Positions 18,128-27,961 are shown, numbered from the stretch's first letter. The stretch is 31,616 nucleotides of DNA from an uncultured delta proteobacterium (GCA_963715335.1 CAVQRZ010000015.1:1-31616), one strand, 5' to 3'. Translations and numbers: made by a program. Notes: a model not told the origin generated them from the sequence alone.

Positions 18128-18892
18128 ATGCATGTAGTCGTTGTTCATCGTGGGCATGAAGCAACACCGGAACACGTTCAATCCCTCGCTGAAACTCTAG
18201 GCGCCACTGCCTTCGATGCACGCCAGAGACTCATTTGTCATGGGCCCGTCGTGGTTTCCACCCAAGCAGACCCTCAGCGAGCTTTAGCCATTCTGCGGCA
18301 ACTCCAGGAAAGCGGACTCCATGCCTTTGTCGTCGATGTCGATACGGCGCTGAACAAATGTCCAGTTTTTTTCGTTCGGAGCTTTAAGTTTGAAGATGAC
18401 TTGATTCGCGTTCTTGACCCCGGAGGGCGTAAAGGTTCGATCTCCTACAAAGACATAAGGCTCATACTGCCTACCTCCCGCGCGGTGCCCCTTACTGAAT
18501 TTGACACTGTGGGCGCGAGAAAGTTTAGTCTTGGCAAGACTCTCATGACGGGAGGCCTGACAATGACCAAAAAAGTTACATTCCAAGAAAAGTCATCAAA
18601 GGAGGAGCGTGAAAAAATCCTCTATTTATGCGGTGGGCAGCGAGCGAGATTAATATGTTGTCAGGAGCAAATGGAATATGAAGGCTTCAGTGACGAGATG
18701 AAGCCTTCGAGGGAAATGAACTTCAAGCTCTTCCTTGCCAAGATACGTCAAAAATGTCCTGCCGCAGCTTATGATGAAAGGTTGATGAAGCGTGCCGAGC
18801 AGATAAAATTGCTTGGCCCATTGCTGGACCCAGATAGCCATCTCGGTCTTGCTGCTGACATTCTTGCCACTTCTGCAGCACTGGGAGATTAA
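18128..18892 (+). CDS. Hypothetical protein
   Basis: 254-aa ORF with RBS-like agaggg and normal composition; family not recognised. Confidence 0.75.
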   Translation: MHVVVVHRGHEATPEHVQSLAETLGATAFDARQRLICHGPVVVSTQADPQRALAILRQLQESGLHAFVVDVDTALNKCPVFFVRSFKFEDDLIRVLDPGGRKGSISYKDIRLILPTSRAVPLTEFDTVGARKFSLGKTLMTGGLTMTKKVTFQEKSSKEEREKILYLCGGQRARLICCQEQMEYEGFSDEMKPSREMNFKLFLAKIRQKCPAAAYDERLMKRAEQIKLLGPLLDPDSHLGLAADILATSAALGD

Positions 18893-19017
18893 TACGATTA
18901 ACCATAGGTTTATTACTCCGGAAGTTTATGTCAGTCTATTTTGGCATGATCTTAAGCCTTCTGCATGGAACGCCCCAGTATTCTGGTTTCGGTTAGAGTT
19001 CCTAGAAAGGATATCTG

Positions 19018-19401
19018 ATGAAGAACATCGATCTTGGCCACGCCCGGATTACGCTGATAGATGAATGTATTGTGTTATTTGAAGCAGACCCTGACCTGGT
19101 GATAGACAAAAGGGCCGCGACAGATTTCTACAATGCAATTAATCAACATGTTACAGGTAACTACAGCTTGATAATTCACAGAAAAAACAAGTATCAATTG
19201 TTACGAATGGAGGTTTTTACTGTCATTAACAGCCAGGAGAGGTTGGTTGGCATGGCCATTGTCGCACCCCAAAATACGGCAAAAAAGATGGCTGATATTG
19301 AAGCCCCTCTCAGTCAGAAACCCTTTGCAACATTCAGTAACATTGACGATGCAATGGCCTGGCTCAAAACCTTGCATACTGATAGACAAGAGGAAGCATA
19401 G
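19018..19401 (+). CDS. Hypothetical protein, SpoIIAA/STAS-SEC14-like
   Basis: MAIVAP...PFATFSNIDDAMAWL is the C-terminal pattern typical of SpoIIAA-like proteins; RBS aaagga. Confidence 0.7.
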   Translation: MKNIDLGHARITLIDECIVLFEADPDLVIDKRAATDFYNAINQHVTGNYSLIIHRKNKYQLLRMEVFTVINSQERLVGMAIVAPQNTAKKMADIEAPLSQKPFATFSNIDDAMAWLKTLHTDRQEEA

Positions 19402-19434
19402 CCAAGGCTCCCATTAACGGAGTCATAAAGCAAG

Positions 19435-19469
19435 AACGCCCCCGATCCAAAGATTGAGGGCGTTTTTTT
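19435..19469 (+). terminator. Intrinsic terminator
   Basis: aacgccccc...gagggcgtt followed by a T-tract. Confidence 0.7.
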
Positions 19470-19521
19470 ATCGTGGGCGATGTGAGAAAAAAATGAGGCC
19501 TGTTTGGTATAATACCAATTG

Positions 19522-19923
19522 ATGCTTGGGAACCGACTTCCCTTAAAGGACGGAACAACGATAGTGGCTTTTTGCAATTGTGACAGCAGTCTCCCCGTAA
19601 TCAGAGAACTTATCAGCAAAGAGACAGGTTCCTTTCAGGCAACGCATACTTGCTCTAATTGTGACAAGGATGTTTTTGATTGCGAGTTGAATCCGGGTAT
19701 GCAACTTATTGCCACCAAAGACATCCTCAACATTACAGGCGATTACGTGGTTCCCCAGGGTAGAATCTTGCGCATTTCAGCTTTCAGCGAATTGCCGGCA
19801 GTCTCATCTCCTGGCTTGCTCTTTGCCGGGCTGTTCGGGGTTGGCGCTTTCCCCCCCCAAGGTTTTGCCACTCAGTGGGATATTCACAAAATACTGAGTA
19901 CGGCAGATCAAGGGACCAGATAG
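19522..19923 (+). CDS. Hypothetical protein with possible zinc ribbon
   Basis: CNC...CSNC in the N-terminal half; start uncertain. Confidence 0.55.
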   Translation: MLGNRLPLKDGTTIVAFCNCDSSLPVIRELISKETGSFQATHTCSNCDKDVFDCELNPGMQLIATKDILNITGDYVVPQGRILRISAFSELPAVSSPGLLFAGLFGVGAFPPQGFATQWDIHKILSTADQGTR

Positions 19924-19997
19924 GGCGGTCGGCCAAAAATGGAAAGTTCTTTGGTTTGTCACGATTTCGGCGGTGAAAACTATTAATCCATAAAATT

Positions 19998-20026
19998 ATG
20001 GCCACCCGATACCCGGTGGCCATTTT
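19998..20026. terminator. Hairpin, probable terminator
   Basis: atggccacc-N8-ggtggccat followed by ttt. Confidence 0.55.
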
Positions 20027-20175
20027 CATTTAGCCCTGATCAGTGGAATCACGTAAATTTTCATGATATCTCTGGTTAATAAACAGAATCATATCGGGAC
20101 CGCTTTATCCTGAGCGCAAGCCTAACTAGCTGATGTTTTTGATAAAGAAACAAAAGCTAGCGCCGGCATTCTTCG

Positions 20176-20192
20176 TTGGCTTGCTTGTTGCT
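20176..20192 (+). promoter_or_regulatory. Sigma54 (-24/-12) promoter
   Basis: TTGGCTTGCTTGTTGCT = GG-N10-GC; the predicted +1 falls just 5' of the riboswitch. Confidence 0.7.
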
Positions 20193-20206
20193 CTATATGT
20201 TTTTAA

Positions 20207-20285
20207 TCTCCGATAATGGCAAAACCGATGCGAGTCGGTGACGCAAAACCACAGGCCCCATGAGGGCAGCTGGGTTGCCGAAGGG
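20207..20285 (+). promoter_or_regulatory. c-di-GMP-I (GEMM-I) riboswitch
   Basis: cgataatGGCAAAACCGAT-GCGA-GTCGGT-GACGCAAAA-CCACAGGCCCCATGAGGGCAGCTGGGTTGCCGAA: GNRA-capped P2, GACGCAAA junction, P3 and a GYUGCCGAA end. Confidence 0.88.
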
Positions 20286-20370
20286 AAAAGCATCAAGAAG
20301 ATCTTTTTGCTCGTCTCGGCGCTTCGGGACGAGCTTTTTGTGTTAAGTGATTCGAGAAAGGGGTGGGTCA

Positions 20371-20760
20371 ATGGCAATCAAGATCGTAGACATCATTGTC
20401 GAGAGGAGAGGCAAGATTCTCTTGACGAAAAAAGGCGACTTCTGGATTTTGCCAAGCGCAGAGAACGAGCCCGGTGAAGACGAGATGCATTGTCTCGAAA
20501 AGATTGTCGCTCTAGAGATCAATGATCAGGTTTCAAGCGTTTTCAGAAAGCTTGAAAAATCCATCAGAGGCCTTTCTCCTGTCAGGGGGGGAGAAGTTGA
20601 AGTCTCTACCTATGTCGGGGAGATCAGTAGCACGAAAATGTCTGAAGTGCGGGATTGTAATGCCTACTGGTTTAGCAGAGAGAGTCTCCCTTCGGTAAGG
20701 CTTTCCAACATTACCAAGGAAGTATTGAACGCCTATTTTTCTGAAGGGGCAGAAGGCTGA
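20371..20760 (+). CDS. Nudix-fold protein with degenerate Nudix box
   Basis: IIVERRGKILLTKKGDFWILPSAENEPGEDEMHCLEKIVALEI ... SEVRDCNAYWFS. Confidence 0.75.
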   Translation: MAIKIVDIIVERRGKILLTKKGDFWILPSAENEPGEDEMHCLEKIVALEINDQVSSVFRKLEKSIRGLSPVRGGEVEVSTYVGEISSTKMSEVRDCNAYWFSRESLPSVRLSNITKEVLNAYFSEGAEG

Positions 20761-21489
20761 AAATACGGGTTTAGAGAGGGGCTCGTTGTCGGAACTTTTC
20801 TCTGCCAATCAGGCTGCGGGCATAAACACCACGACTTACAGCATATAGAATGAATAAAGATTGCGTGGAGACGTGGCCGCACCCAAAAGTGCCTGATCAA
20901 TCCCGCCGCAGGATTTTCCCGGCTGGATTGGAATGGGAAAGTGGTTGACCTGCGCACTCGTTCCCTATGAATACTGGTCGGTATAATTAAATCCGAACCA
21001 GCGCCCCTTGCATCCGCAGCAGAAGCGTTCGCATCGCATTCTGTGCGTCCAGACCGCGGAACCTCCCGACATCAGCCTTTGAAGACGTGCAGCAAAGAAC
21101 GTTTGTCTAGCGTACCTGTGTAAATCCTTGAAATTTGCCTATAGCGCACCAATTCCCGAAGAAGGCCCACTGTCTAACGGCTGTACATTACAATTCCCTT
21201 GATTTCACCTGGCTTTCAGGTGTTTACATAGTCTTGATCTGTCGACTAACGGACTGACCCGGCGGTAGAAGCAAGAGGGCCAGAGGGGATAACCTTGAGT
21301 GGTTTTTAACTGTGGCTTTGAATCTTCCAAGCCTTCTGCCGTGAACAAATTAAGTGGGTATTTGGTAGAATACATACGATGAAGATTGGATCTACTTGTT
21401 CGAAATGGCCGTCTCAATCGCACCAATAAAAGAGAAAAGCTTTTCGTTGCCTTATGCCATAGCGGAAGCAACCCTTCCGGAAGGTCTCC

Positions 21490-23187
21490 ATGGACAGTCT
21501 GTCCCCCCGTGACATCACCATAATTCTTCTTGCACTGGGAACGCTCCTTTTGTCTGCAAGGGTTCTGGGCGAGATGGCCAAGCGCTGCAATCTGCCTTCG
21601 GTCATCGGTGAGATTCTGGCAGGCATCCTGCTCGGGCCAACCTTGCTTGGCTGGCTGGCTCCCGGATTCAGCCGTGCGCTGTTCCCTTCCGACGGGGGCG
21701 TGGCTCTGGTTCTGGACGGGCTGACGACTCTTTCTATTGTCCTCTTCCTGCTGGTTGCTGGTATCGAGATCGACCTGCGCACTGTCTGGCGGCAGAAGCG
21801 GGCAGCTGTCTGCGTCGCCCTGTTCGGGATGGCTCTCCCCTTTGCCTTTGGTTTTGTAACCGCCTGGATCGCTCCGGACCTCCTCGGCTACCAACCCGGC
21901 ACCGACCGGCTCGTCTTCGCGCTGTTCATGGCAACCGCTATGTCGATTACCGCCCTTCCGGTCATCGCCAAGATTCTCATGGACCTCAACCTTTACCGCA
22001 GCTACCTGGGGGTGACGATTGTAGCTGCCGCAGTTTTAAATGATCTCCTCGGTTGGCTGGTTTTCGCCTCGATCCTTGGCTTGTCCGGAATCGCTCACGG
22101 GAATGATCTGAGCCCAGGTCACATGCTGTGGCTCATTCTGGTTTTTACACTGCTCATGATGACTGTCGTCCCCTGGATTATTCATCGACTCCTCTCTTTG
22201 ATTCTGGCTTACTCCCGATGGCAAGGTGGCGTACTGACCTTCGCCCTCTGCTTGGCACTGTTCAGCGCGGCGTTCACCGAATGGTTGGGTGTCCATGCGA
22301 TCTTCGGCTCCTTTCTGGCCGGGGTCGCGCTTGGACAGTCTTCACACTTGCGTGAGCGGACCAGAACCACCATCGACCAATTCGTCTCGTTTTTCTTTGC
22401 GCCGCTCTTCTTTGCCAGCATCGGCTTGAAGGTTGACTTCGCCACCCACTTTGATCTTTTTCTTACTCTGACCCTGTTAACCCTCGCCATGACCGGCAAG
22501 GTGCTCGGCAGCGCCTTGGGCGGATGGCTCGGTGGGCTTACCCGTCGGGAGTCATGGGGGGCAGGCTTCGGGATGGGGGCGCAGGGGACCATGGGGATCA
22601 TTCTTGGCGTCCTCGCACTGCAATTCGGTTTCATAAGTCAGCAGGTTTTTGTCTCTCTGGTGGTTGTGGCCCTCATCACTTCATTGGTCAGCGGACCCAT
22701 CCTGCAATCGATTCTACGCTTGAAGAAACCGCGCCACTTCACCGACTATCTCGACGCACAGGGATTCGTCAGGCGGCTACGGGGCAGAAATCCCGTGGAG
22801 GTGATCGGGGAATTGGCTAAGGCATTAGCCCCCCTTGCGGGGATGGACGCAAAGACGATTTCGTCTGCGGCCATCGCCCGTGAGCATATTATGGCCACTG
22901 GTATCGGCCAAGGAATTGCCATCCCACATGCTCGCCTCGACGGACTGGTGAAACCGCTGGTAGCGGTTGGCTTGGCGGAGAATGGAATCGACTTCGACGC
23001 ACCGGACGGCATTGGGGTGCAGATCGTCTGCCTGATCCTGACACCGCTTGAGGACGATGGTGCTCAGATAGAGATTCTGGCCGACATCGCGGCCACATTC
23101 AAGGGAGGGTTGCATAGGGATAAGGTGCTTCGTCTCTCTGGGCACACTGAGTTTCTCGCCCTCGCCAGAAGTGGCAGGAGTGATTAG
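21490..23187 (+). CDS. Cation:proton antiporter (CPA2/Kef-like) fused to a C-terminal PTS EIIA-2 domain
   Basis: PSVIGEILAGILLGP, SITALPVIAKIL, FFAPLFFASIGL, then RE..MATGIGQGIAIPHAR...GIDFDAPD. Confidence 0.92.
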   Translation: MDSLSPRDITIILLALGTLLLSARVLGEMAKRCNLPSVIGEILAGILLGPTLLGWLAPGFSRALFPSDGGVALVLDGLTTLSIVLFLLVAGIEIDLRTVWRQKRAAVCVALFGMALPFAFGFVTAWIAPDLLGYQPGTDRLVFALFMATAMSITALPVIAKILMDLNLYRSYLGVTIVAAAVLNDLLGWLVFASILGLSGIAHGNDLSPGHMLWLILVFTLLMMTVVPWIIHRLLSLILAYSRWQGGVLTFALCLALFSAAFTEWLGVHAIFGSFLAGVALGQSSHLRERTRTTIDQFVSFFFAPLFFASIGLKVDFATHFDLFLTLTLLTLAMTGKVLGSALGGWLGGLTRRESWGAGFGMGAQGTMGIILGVLALQFGFISQQVFVSLVVVALITSLVSGPILQSILRLKKPRHFTDYLDAQGFVRRLRGRNPVEVIGELAKALAPLAGMDAKTISSAAIAREHIMATGIGQGIAIPHARLDGLVKPLVAVGLAENGIDFDAPDGIGVQIVCLILTPLEDDGAQIEILADIAATFKGGLHRDKVLRLSGHTEFLALARSGRSD

Positions 23188-23399
23188 CGGCTTCGTCAGT
23201 GACAGGCCGCACCCTTTTGACCCCGGTCTTTGGTTGTTGTACATTGGTCTGTAGGGGCTTCGTGGAGAGATGGGTAATCCTGAATCAGGCCACGGGCTGC
23301 CCTGTGAATTTCGGGCCGCCCGCTTTATTTAAATGGTCTGTTTTGGAGAAAAGCTACAGTCTGGCCTTTGAACGATGTCTTCTTTGCCGGGGAATTGCT

Positions 23400-24509
23400 A
23401 TGCAACTCTTTCAATGGGATCAAACTTTTGAAACTGGCAGCACAGTTGTCGACGGACAACACCAATACTTAATTGAAATTATCAACCAGTTTGGTGAATT
23501 GATAACACACAATGCCTCTGGCACGAGAGAAATCGAACAAGTCTGTTCAAAATTGATGGAGTATACAAATTACCACTTTTCTGAAGAAGAGCGGTTAATG
23601 GAAACGGCCGGTCTTGACCAAAGGCATATCCTTCATCATTGCCAGCAGCACAAAGATTTACTTAATGAAGTTATCCCATTACGCAAGTCACTTGTTGGAG
23701 GAGATTTGGCGGCCGGCAAACACCTCTTCGAGTTCCTGGTCAACTGGCTGGTTTTTCACATTCTTGGCACGGACATGCTTATGTCCAAGCAAATTGATGG
23801 TATCCATCGTGGGATGACGGCCAATGATGCATACTCCTTCGAGGAAGAGCACAACCAAAAAACCACAGGGGTCTTGTTAACGGCAGTCAAGAAGCTTCTC
23901 TATCAGTTGTCCAGTCGCAACCGGGAGTTGGTCGAACTCAATGAAACGCTCGAGAAAAAAATTCAAGGTCGAACAGTTGAATTATCCAAAGCTAACGAGA
24001 AGTTAACGGAATTAGCCAGTACCGACAGCCTGACAGGAGTCTTGAATCGCAGGGCCTTCATGGAACGCGCACAGAGTGTGTTTGATCTGGCTCAACGTTA
24101 CCGGCGCCCCTTATCACTGCTTATGATTGATGTCGATCATTTCAAACGGGTCAATGACACTTTTGGGCATCAATCTGGAGATCTCTTATTAATCCGCCTC
24201 AGCGAGATGATGAATAAATGCCTTCGTGGGACTGATATAATCGGTCGGGTAGGGGGTGAGGAATTTGCCGTAATTTTACCAGAAACCGGTCCAGAGCAGA
24301 CGGTTCAACTCGCCGAGCGATTATTGACCTCCGTGCGTGGCGAGGCCGTCGAAGTCGAACAAACAAGCAAGGTAAATATTACAGTCAGTATCGGATTTGC
24401 TACTGTACCGCCATTGGCGCCTGATGTGGATTCCGTCATGAAAGAGGCCGACCGTGCCCTTTACACAGCGAAGTCAAAGGGCCGGGATCGCTGTTGCAGG
24501 GCAGGCTGA
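23400..24509 (+). CDS. Bacteriohemerythrin-GGDEF diguanylate cyclase
   Basis: Hemerythrin ligands DGQH, HFSEEE, HCQQH, HILGTD; coiled coil; TDSLTG, DVDHFKRVNDTFGHQSGD, RGTD I-site, GGEEF. Confidence 0.95.
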   Translation: MQLFQWDQTFETGSTVVDGQHQYLIEIINQFGELITHNASGTREIEQVCSKLMEYTNYHFSEEERLMETAGLDQRHILHHCQQHKDLLNEVIPLRKSLVGGDLAAGKHLFEFLVNWLVFHILGTDMLMSKQIDGIHRGMTANDAYSFEEEHNQKTTGVLLTAVKKLLYQLSSRNRELVELNETLEKKIQGRTVELSKANEKLTELASTDSLTGVLNRRAFMERAQSVFDLAQRYRRPLSLLMIDVDHFKRVNDTFGHQSGDLLLIRLSEMMNKCLRGTDIIGRVGGEEFAVILPETGPEQTVQLAERLLTSVRGEAVEVEQTSKVNITVSIGFATVPPLAPDVDSVMKEADRALYTAKSKGRDRCCRAG

Positions 24510-24744
24510 CCAGTCGGTTGTTTCCCGTCAACCAGCACTGTCGAGACGAAAACGTGCGTGTCTCTGATAGACACGTTTGGCCTGTCCTTTAGTATAATTG
24601 TGGCTGGCCGGACTCACGCCGGGCGGCCCTTTGTTTTAAGAGGTCGTTGGACTGTGTTCTTGCACAGGTGCTTTTCGTTGAATAGGGGCTCCTTTTTTAC
24701 GAGTCCCCACGTTTATTTTTACATCGCAGAGGCGTATCTTATGA

Positions 24745-24864
24745 GCCAACAGAGAGTTGTTGTGGAAAACGGGTCCGCAACAACCGTGCTCATAACCTCC
24801 TTATAGCCCGTTACCCTAATACCCCACAGTCGCCCCCCCCCTCCTGACTGTGGGGTATTTTTTT
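24745..24864 (+). ncRNA. Putative sRNA, diverged third member of the CCUCC family
   Basis: 5' hairpin gttgttgtgga/tccgcaacaac, unpaired AACCTCCTT, terminator aataccccacagtc-(C-rich, CCTCC)-gactgtggggtatt-T5; upstream region homologous to the promoters of copies 1 and 2. Confidence 0.55.
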
Positions 24865-24957
24865 GTATGTCACGCCTCCCGATCACATTGTACGGAAGCC
24901 TCACGGGTCACTGCGGTGAAAACCTTCGCAGAGGTTTAGCCCGTTGCTACGTCATTG

Positions 24958-25332
24958 TTACGCTTTTTGGTGTAGCGCGTCGAAAATCATGTCAAGTACG
25001 GCTCTCTGCCGAACTTCATGTTTATTCAGGACCGCCAGGCATTGCCCCATCGGGAAGCATTTGTGCAGGTAGTCGGCGTCGCGTCCGGATAAAATGATAA
25101 TACGCCGGCAATCCAGGCCCTTCGCGGTTGCATAGGCCAGGAGTTTGCCGCCGTCAAGGTCCGGCATTTCCAGGTCGAGCAGCAACAGGTCGAGATCGGT
25201 GTTGATGTGTGCAAGTCCCTGCAGGGCGTTGTCGAAGGCCAGAATTTCAAGGTTTGGATAGCGCTTACTTACATAGTCACTAAGAAAATTCAGGAAGAGT
25301 TGATCGTCATCAATGAGCAATATCTTCTTCAT
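24958..25332 (-). CDS. Single-domain response regulator
   Basis: ILLIDDD...LLLLDLEMPDLDG...ILSG...LNK. Confidence 0.88.
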   Translation of the reverse strand: MKKILLIDDDQLFLNFLSDYVSKRYPNLEILAFDNALQGLAHINTDLDLLLLDLEMPDLDGGKLLAYATAKGLDCRRIIILSGRDADYLHKCFPMGQCLAVLNKHEVRQRAVLDMIFDALHQKA

Positions 25333-25785
25333 GATCTCTGCCCTTAGCTTTATCCACTTCAAGCGACATTATAACAATAAAAATTACTGGGGGAAGCATT
25401 TACTCCACTTCATCCTCGATAAAGTGGTGATTCGGTTCGCAGATTATGCAAGCGTCGCCAAGAGGCCCTAATTAAACCAGCCGGTGGCACACTAAAAATA
25501 ACGAGGATGTTCAGGGAATTTGTTGCAACAGCATTAATTGGAATTTCGCCAGGAGATAAACCGGTCTTTACTGTGAATGGTGACTTGTGAGAATCGGAGT
25601 CAGACACCCGGTGCTTATCGACAGTCACTGAAGGTAATCATGCAAATGGCAGGGCCATATCTGACCCTGCCGTTCATTCCTGCAACATCCCGTGTCTGAT
25701 CTCTGTAAAGAGACCGACGTATCAATGCAGAGTGGTTTTGGTTAGGTGACAAATATACTGTTTCGCATTTTTCCGTGTCAACTTT

Positions 25786-26442
25786 TCAGGAATGAACCAG
25801 GCCGTCTCTGATTTGTACGGTCCTCTGGGCACGGGCTGCAAGTTCGGTATTATGAGTAATCATGACCGTGGCCAGTCCGTTCTGGCTGAGCGAACGCAGA
25901 AGCGAATAGATCTTGTCACTGTTTTCGCTGTCAAGGTTTCCGGTCGGTTCATCCGCCAGCAGAATCTCGGGGTCGTTGACCAGTCCTCGAGCGATGGCAG
26001 TCCGTTGCATCTCACCGCCGCTGAGTTGCGCAGGGGCATGGTCGAGTCGGTGCTCTAGCCCCACCATTTCGGCCAAGGCCATGATCTTGCTCCGGCTTGC
26101 CTGCTTTTTGCTGAACAGTAGCGGCAAAGCGATATTGTCAAAGACGCTCAGCCCCGGGATCAGGTAGAACTGCTGAAAGACAAAGCCGATCTTTTCACGC
26201 CGTAATTGCACCAGCTCCGACTCAGGCATCTTGGAGGTGCTCATGCCATCAAACAGCACCTCGCCTTTGGTCGGCTGGTCGAGACAGCCGAGGATATGCA
26301 GGAGGGTGGTTTTACCCGCCCCCGAGGGTCCGATAATGGCGAGCAGTTCCCCCGCAGCAATGCTGAGATCGACTCCACGCAACGCCCTGACCTCTTCAGA
26401 CCCTCTACGGTAGCTTTTTTCAATCTGTTTAAGTTCAATCAT
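25786..26442 (-). CDS. ABC transporter ATP-binding protein (LolD/MacB-type)
   Basis: GPSGAGKT, IGFVFQQFYL, LSGGEMQR, LADEPTGNLD. Confidence 0.95.
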   Translation of the reverse strand: MIELKQIEKSYRRGSEEVRALRGVDLSIAAGELLAIIGPSGAGKTTLLHILGCLDQPTKGEVLFDGMSTSKMPESELVQLRREKIGFVFQQFYLIPGLSVFDNIALPLLFSKKQASRSKIMALAEMVGLEHRLDHAPAQLSGGEMQRTAIARGLVNDPEILLADEPTGNLDSENSDKIYSLLRSLSQNGLATVMITHNTELAARAQRTVQIRDGLVHS

Positions 26443-27605
26443 CCTTTAATCGCCTCGACGGGGTTAATTTTCGATGCCTTCAAAGCCGGATAAATCCCGG
26501 CACATAGGCCGATGATAAAAATAAACAAGACACTGCCTGCGGCAACGCCGGGATCAAAGCTGATCAGGTCCCCGGACGGCACAAACGGCATCACCGAACG
26601 AACAAAAGCTTCGATCATTCGCGAGCCGAGGATCGAGATGAGGATGCCGACCAATCCGCCACTGAGAGAAAGAATCGTGGTTTCTTCAAGAATAATCCGG
26701 AAAATGTCCCAGCGTGAGGCACCAACGGCGCGCATCATGCCGATCTCCTGAGTACGTTCGAAGACCGCCATGAGAATGGAATTCATCACCCCCACGGCAC
26801 TGATCAGAATCGCGATTAAAACAATCGCGAGGCTCAGCGCCCGGGCGGAAGCGGCCAGGTTGGAAATTGAGTTCATCACCTCGCCCATGGTCACGATCTG
26901 GATGCCCGGCACTGCGGCCGTCAGCGCATCGGTAATCTCCACCATGCGCGTCGGGTCCGTTACCTTGACCCCGACAGCCGTTGCCGCAGCAGGATGATCG
27001 AGCAGTTTCTGTGCTGTCTTGATGGGAAGATAGACAAAAGCGTCATCCTGGCTGCCGGTGAGGCCTACAATCCCGGCGATCACCAGATTAATGCCGTTGT
27101 TGGTCGAGGTAAACCGGTCGCCGGGCTGCAACTTCTCGTGTTGGGCGACCTCGTAACCCAGCAGGATTTCATTGTCCTGCTCAGGGATTTTGCCGGTAAT
27201 CTGCCAACCGGGCTTGATCGCCGACAGAACAGACATGTCGACACCATAAATCAGGTCAATTTTGCCACGCTGCGGATCGGGGAGCTGGGCCACCAGAATC
27301 GGCGTTGCCAGATCGATGCCATCTGTGGCTGTGACATGCTCCATGACCTTGGTATCGAGAAATTTAGGAATAACCGCGCCGTGCAGAACCAGTGCCGCAA
27401 CCTCGTGTGCACACCCTGAAGGGACGACCATGAAGTGCAATCCGGTTCGCTCCAGTTCGACCGCGAGACCCTTGGTAAAACCTTGGTTAAAAGAGAGCAC
27501 TGAAAACAGAACGCCAACCGAAGCGGCAATCCCGAGCATCGTTAAAGCACTGCGTGTACGGTGCCGAAGAAGATTCTTGGCGGCAAGCTTCAGATAGCCG
27601 TTCAT
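26439..27605 (-). CDS. ABC transporter permease (MacB/FtsX-type)
   Basis: RSALTMLGIA, periplasmic domain, MAVFERTQEIGMMRAVGA, YPALKASKINPVEAIK. Confidence 0.93.
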   Translation of the reverse strand: MNGYLKLAAKNLLRHRTRSALTMLGIAASVGVLFSVLSFNQGFTKGLAVELERTGLHFMVVPSGCAHEVAALVLHGAVIPKFLDTKVMEHVTATDGIDLATPILVAQLPDPQRGKIDLIYGVDMSVLSAIKPGWQITGKIPEQDNEILLGYEVAQHEKLQPGDRFTSTNNGINLVIAGIVGLTGSQDDAFVYLPIKTAQKLLDHPAAATAVGVKVTDPTRMVEITDALTAAVPGIQIVTMGEVMNSISNLAASARALSLAIVLIAILISAVGVMNSILMAVFERTQEIGMMRAVGASRWDIFRIILEETTILSLSGGLVGILISILGSRMIEAFVRSVMPFVPSGDLISFDPGVAAGSVLFIFIIGLCAGIYPALKASKINPVEAIKG

Positions 27606-27961
27606 TTTACTTCAACTCCGGTGGCAATCAGCAGGTAACTTTGTTTCGACCTGCCCACTGTGCCGCTGGCAAGAGCTAGCTTGCCTGGCCTGGCCGGAAG
27701 GGTTAATTGGCTCTTGGCAAGGTCAATATAGATCTGCCCGGTTTCGTCCTGCAGATAGAACCAGCAGCCGTTTGACTGGCATTGCGAGACGATCCTGCCT
27801 TCCAATGTGACCTTTTTGCCCAAGAGCTCCTGCTTCAGGAAAACATCCTTGACCTGAACTTTTGGTGCATCAGGGTCGACGCCGGAACCATATGTTTCGC
27901 CACCGCAGCCAGCGAGAACAAGGGAGACAAGGAGGACTGTTGTCAGTAAAAGATTTTTCAT
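27602..27961 (-). CDS. OB-fold lipoprotein
   Basis: Lipobox LAGC; VTLEGRIVSQCQSNGCWFYLQD. Confidence 0.85.
   Translation of the reverse strand: MKNLLLTTVLLVSLVLAGCGGETYGSGVDPDAPKVQVKDVFLKQELLGKKVTLEGRIVSQCQSNGCWFYLQDETGQIYIDLAKSQLTLPARPGKLALASGTVGRSKQSYLLIATGVEVK

Noticed and set aside
18941..18958. Sigma54-like TTGGCATG upstream of the 19018 gene
   Set aside because: The GG-to-GC spacing is 11, not 10.
20207..20285. cGAMP-specific (GEMM-Ib) riboswitch
   Set aside because: The specificity position is G (20218), not A.
25410..25628. 72-aa minus-strand ORF with a short hydrophobic stretch (possible membrane-gene remnant)
   Set aside because: No RBS or family motif that I can support.
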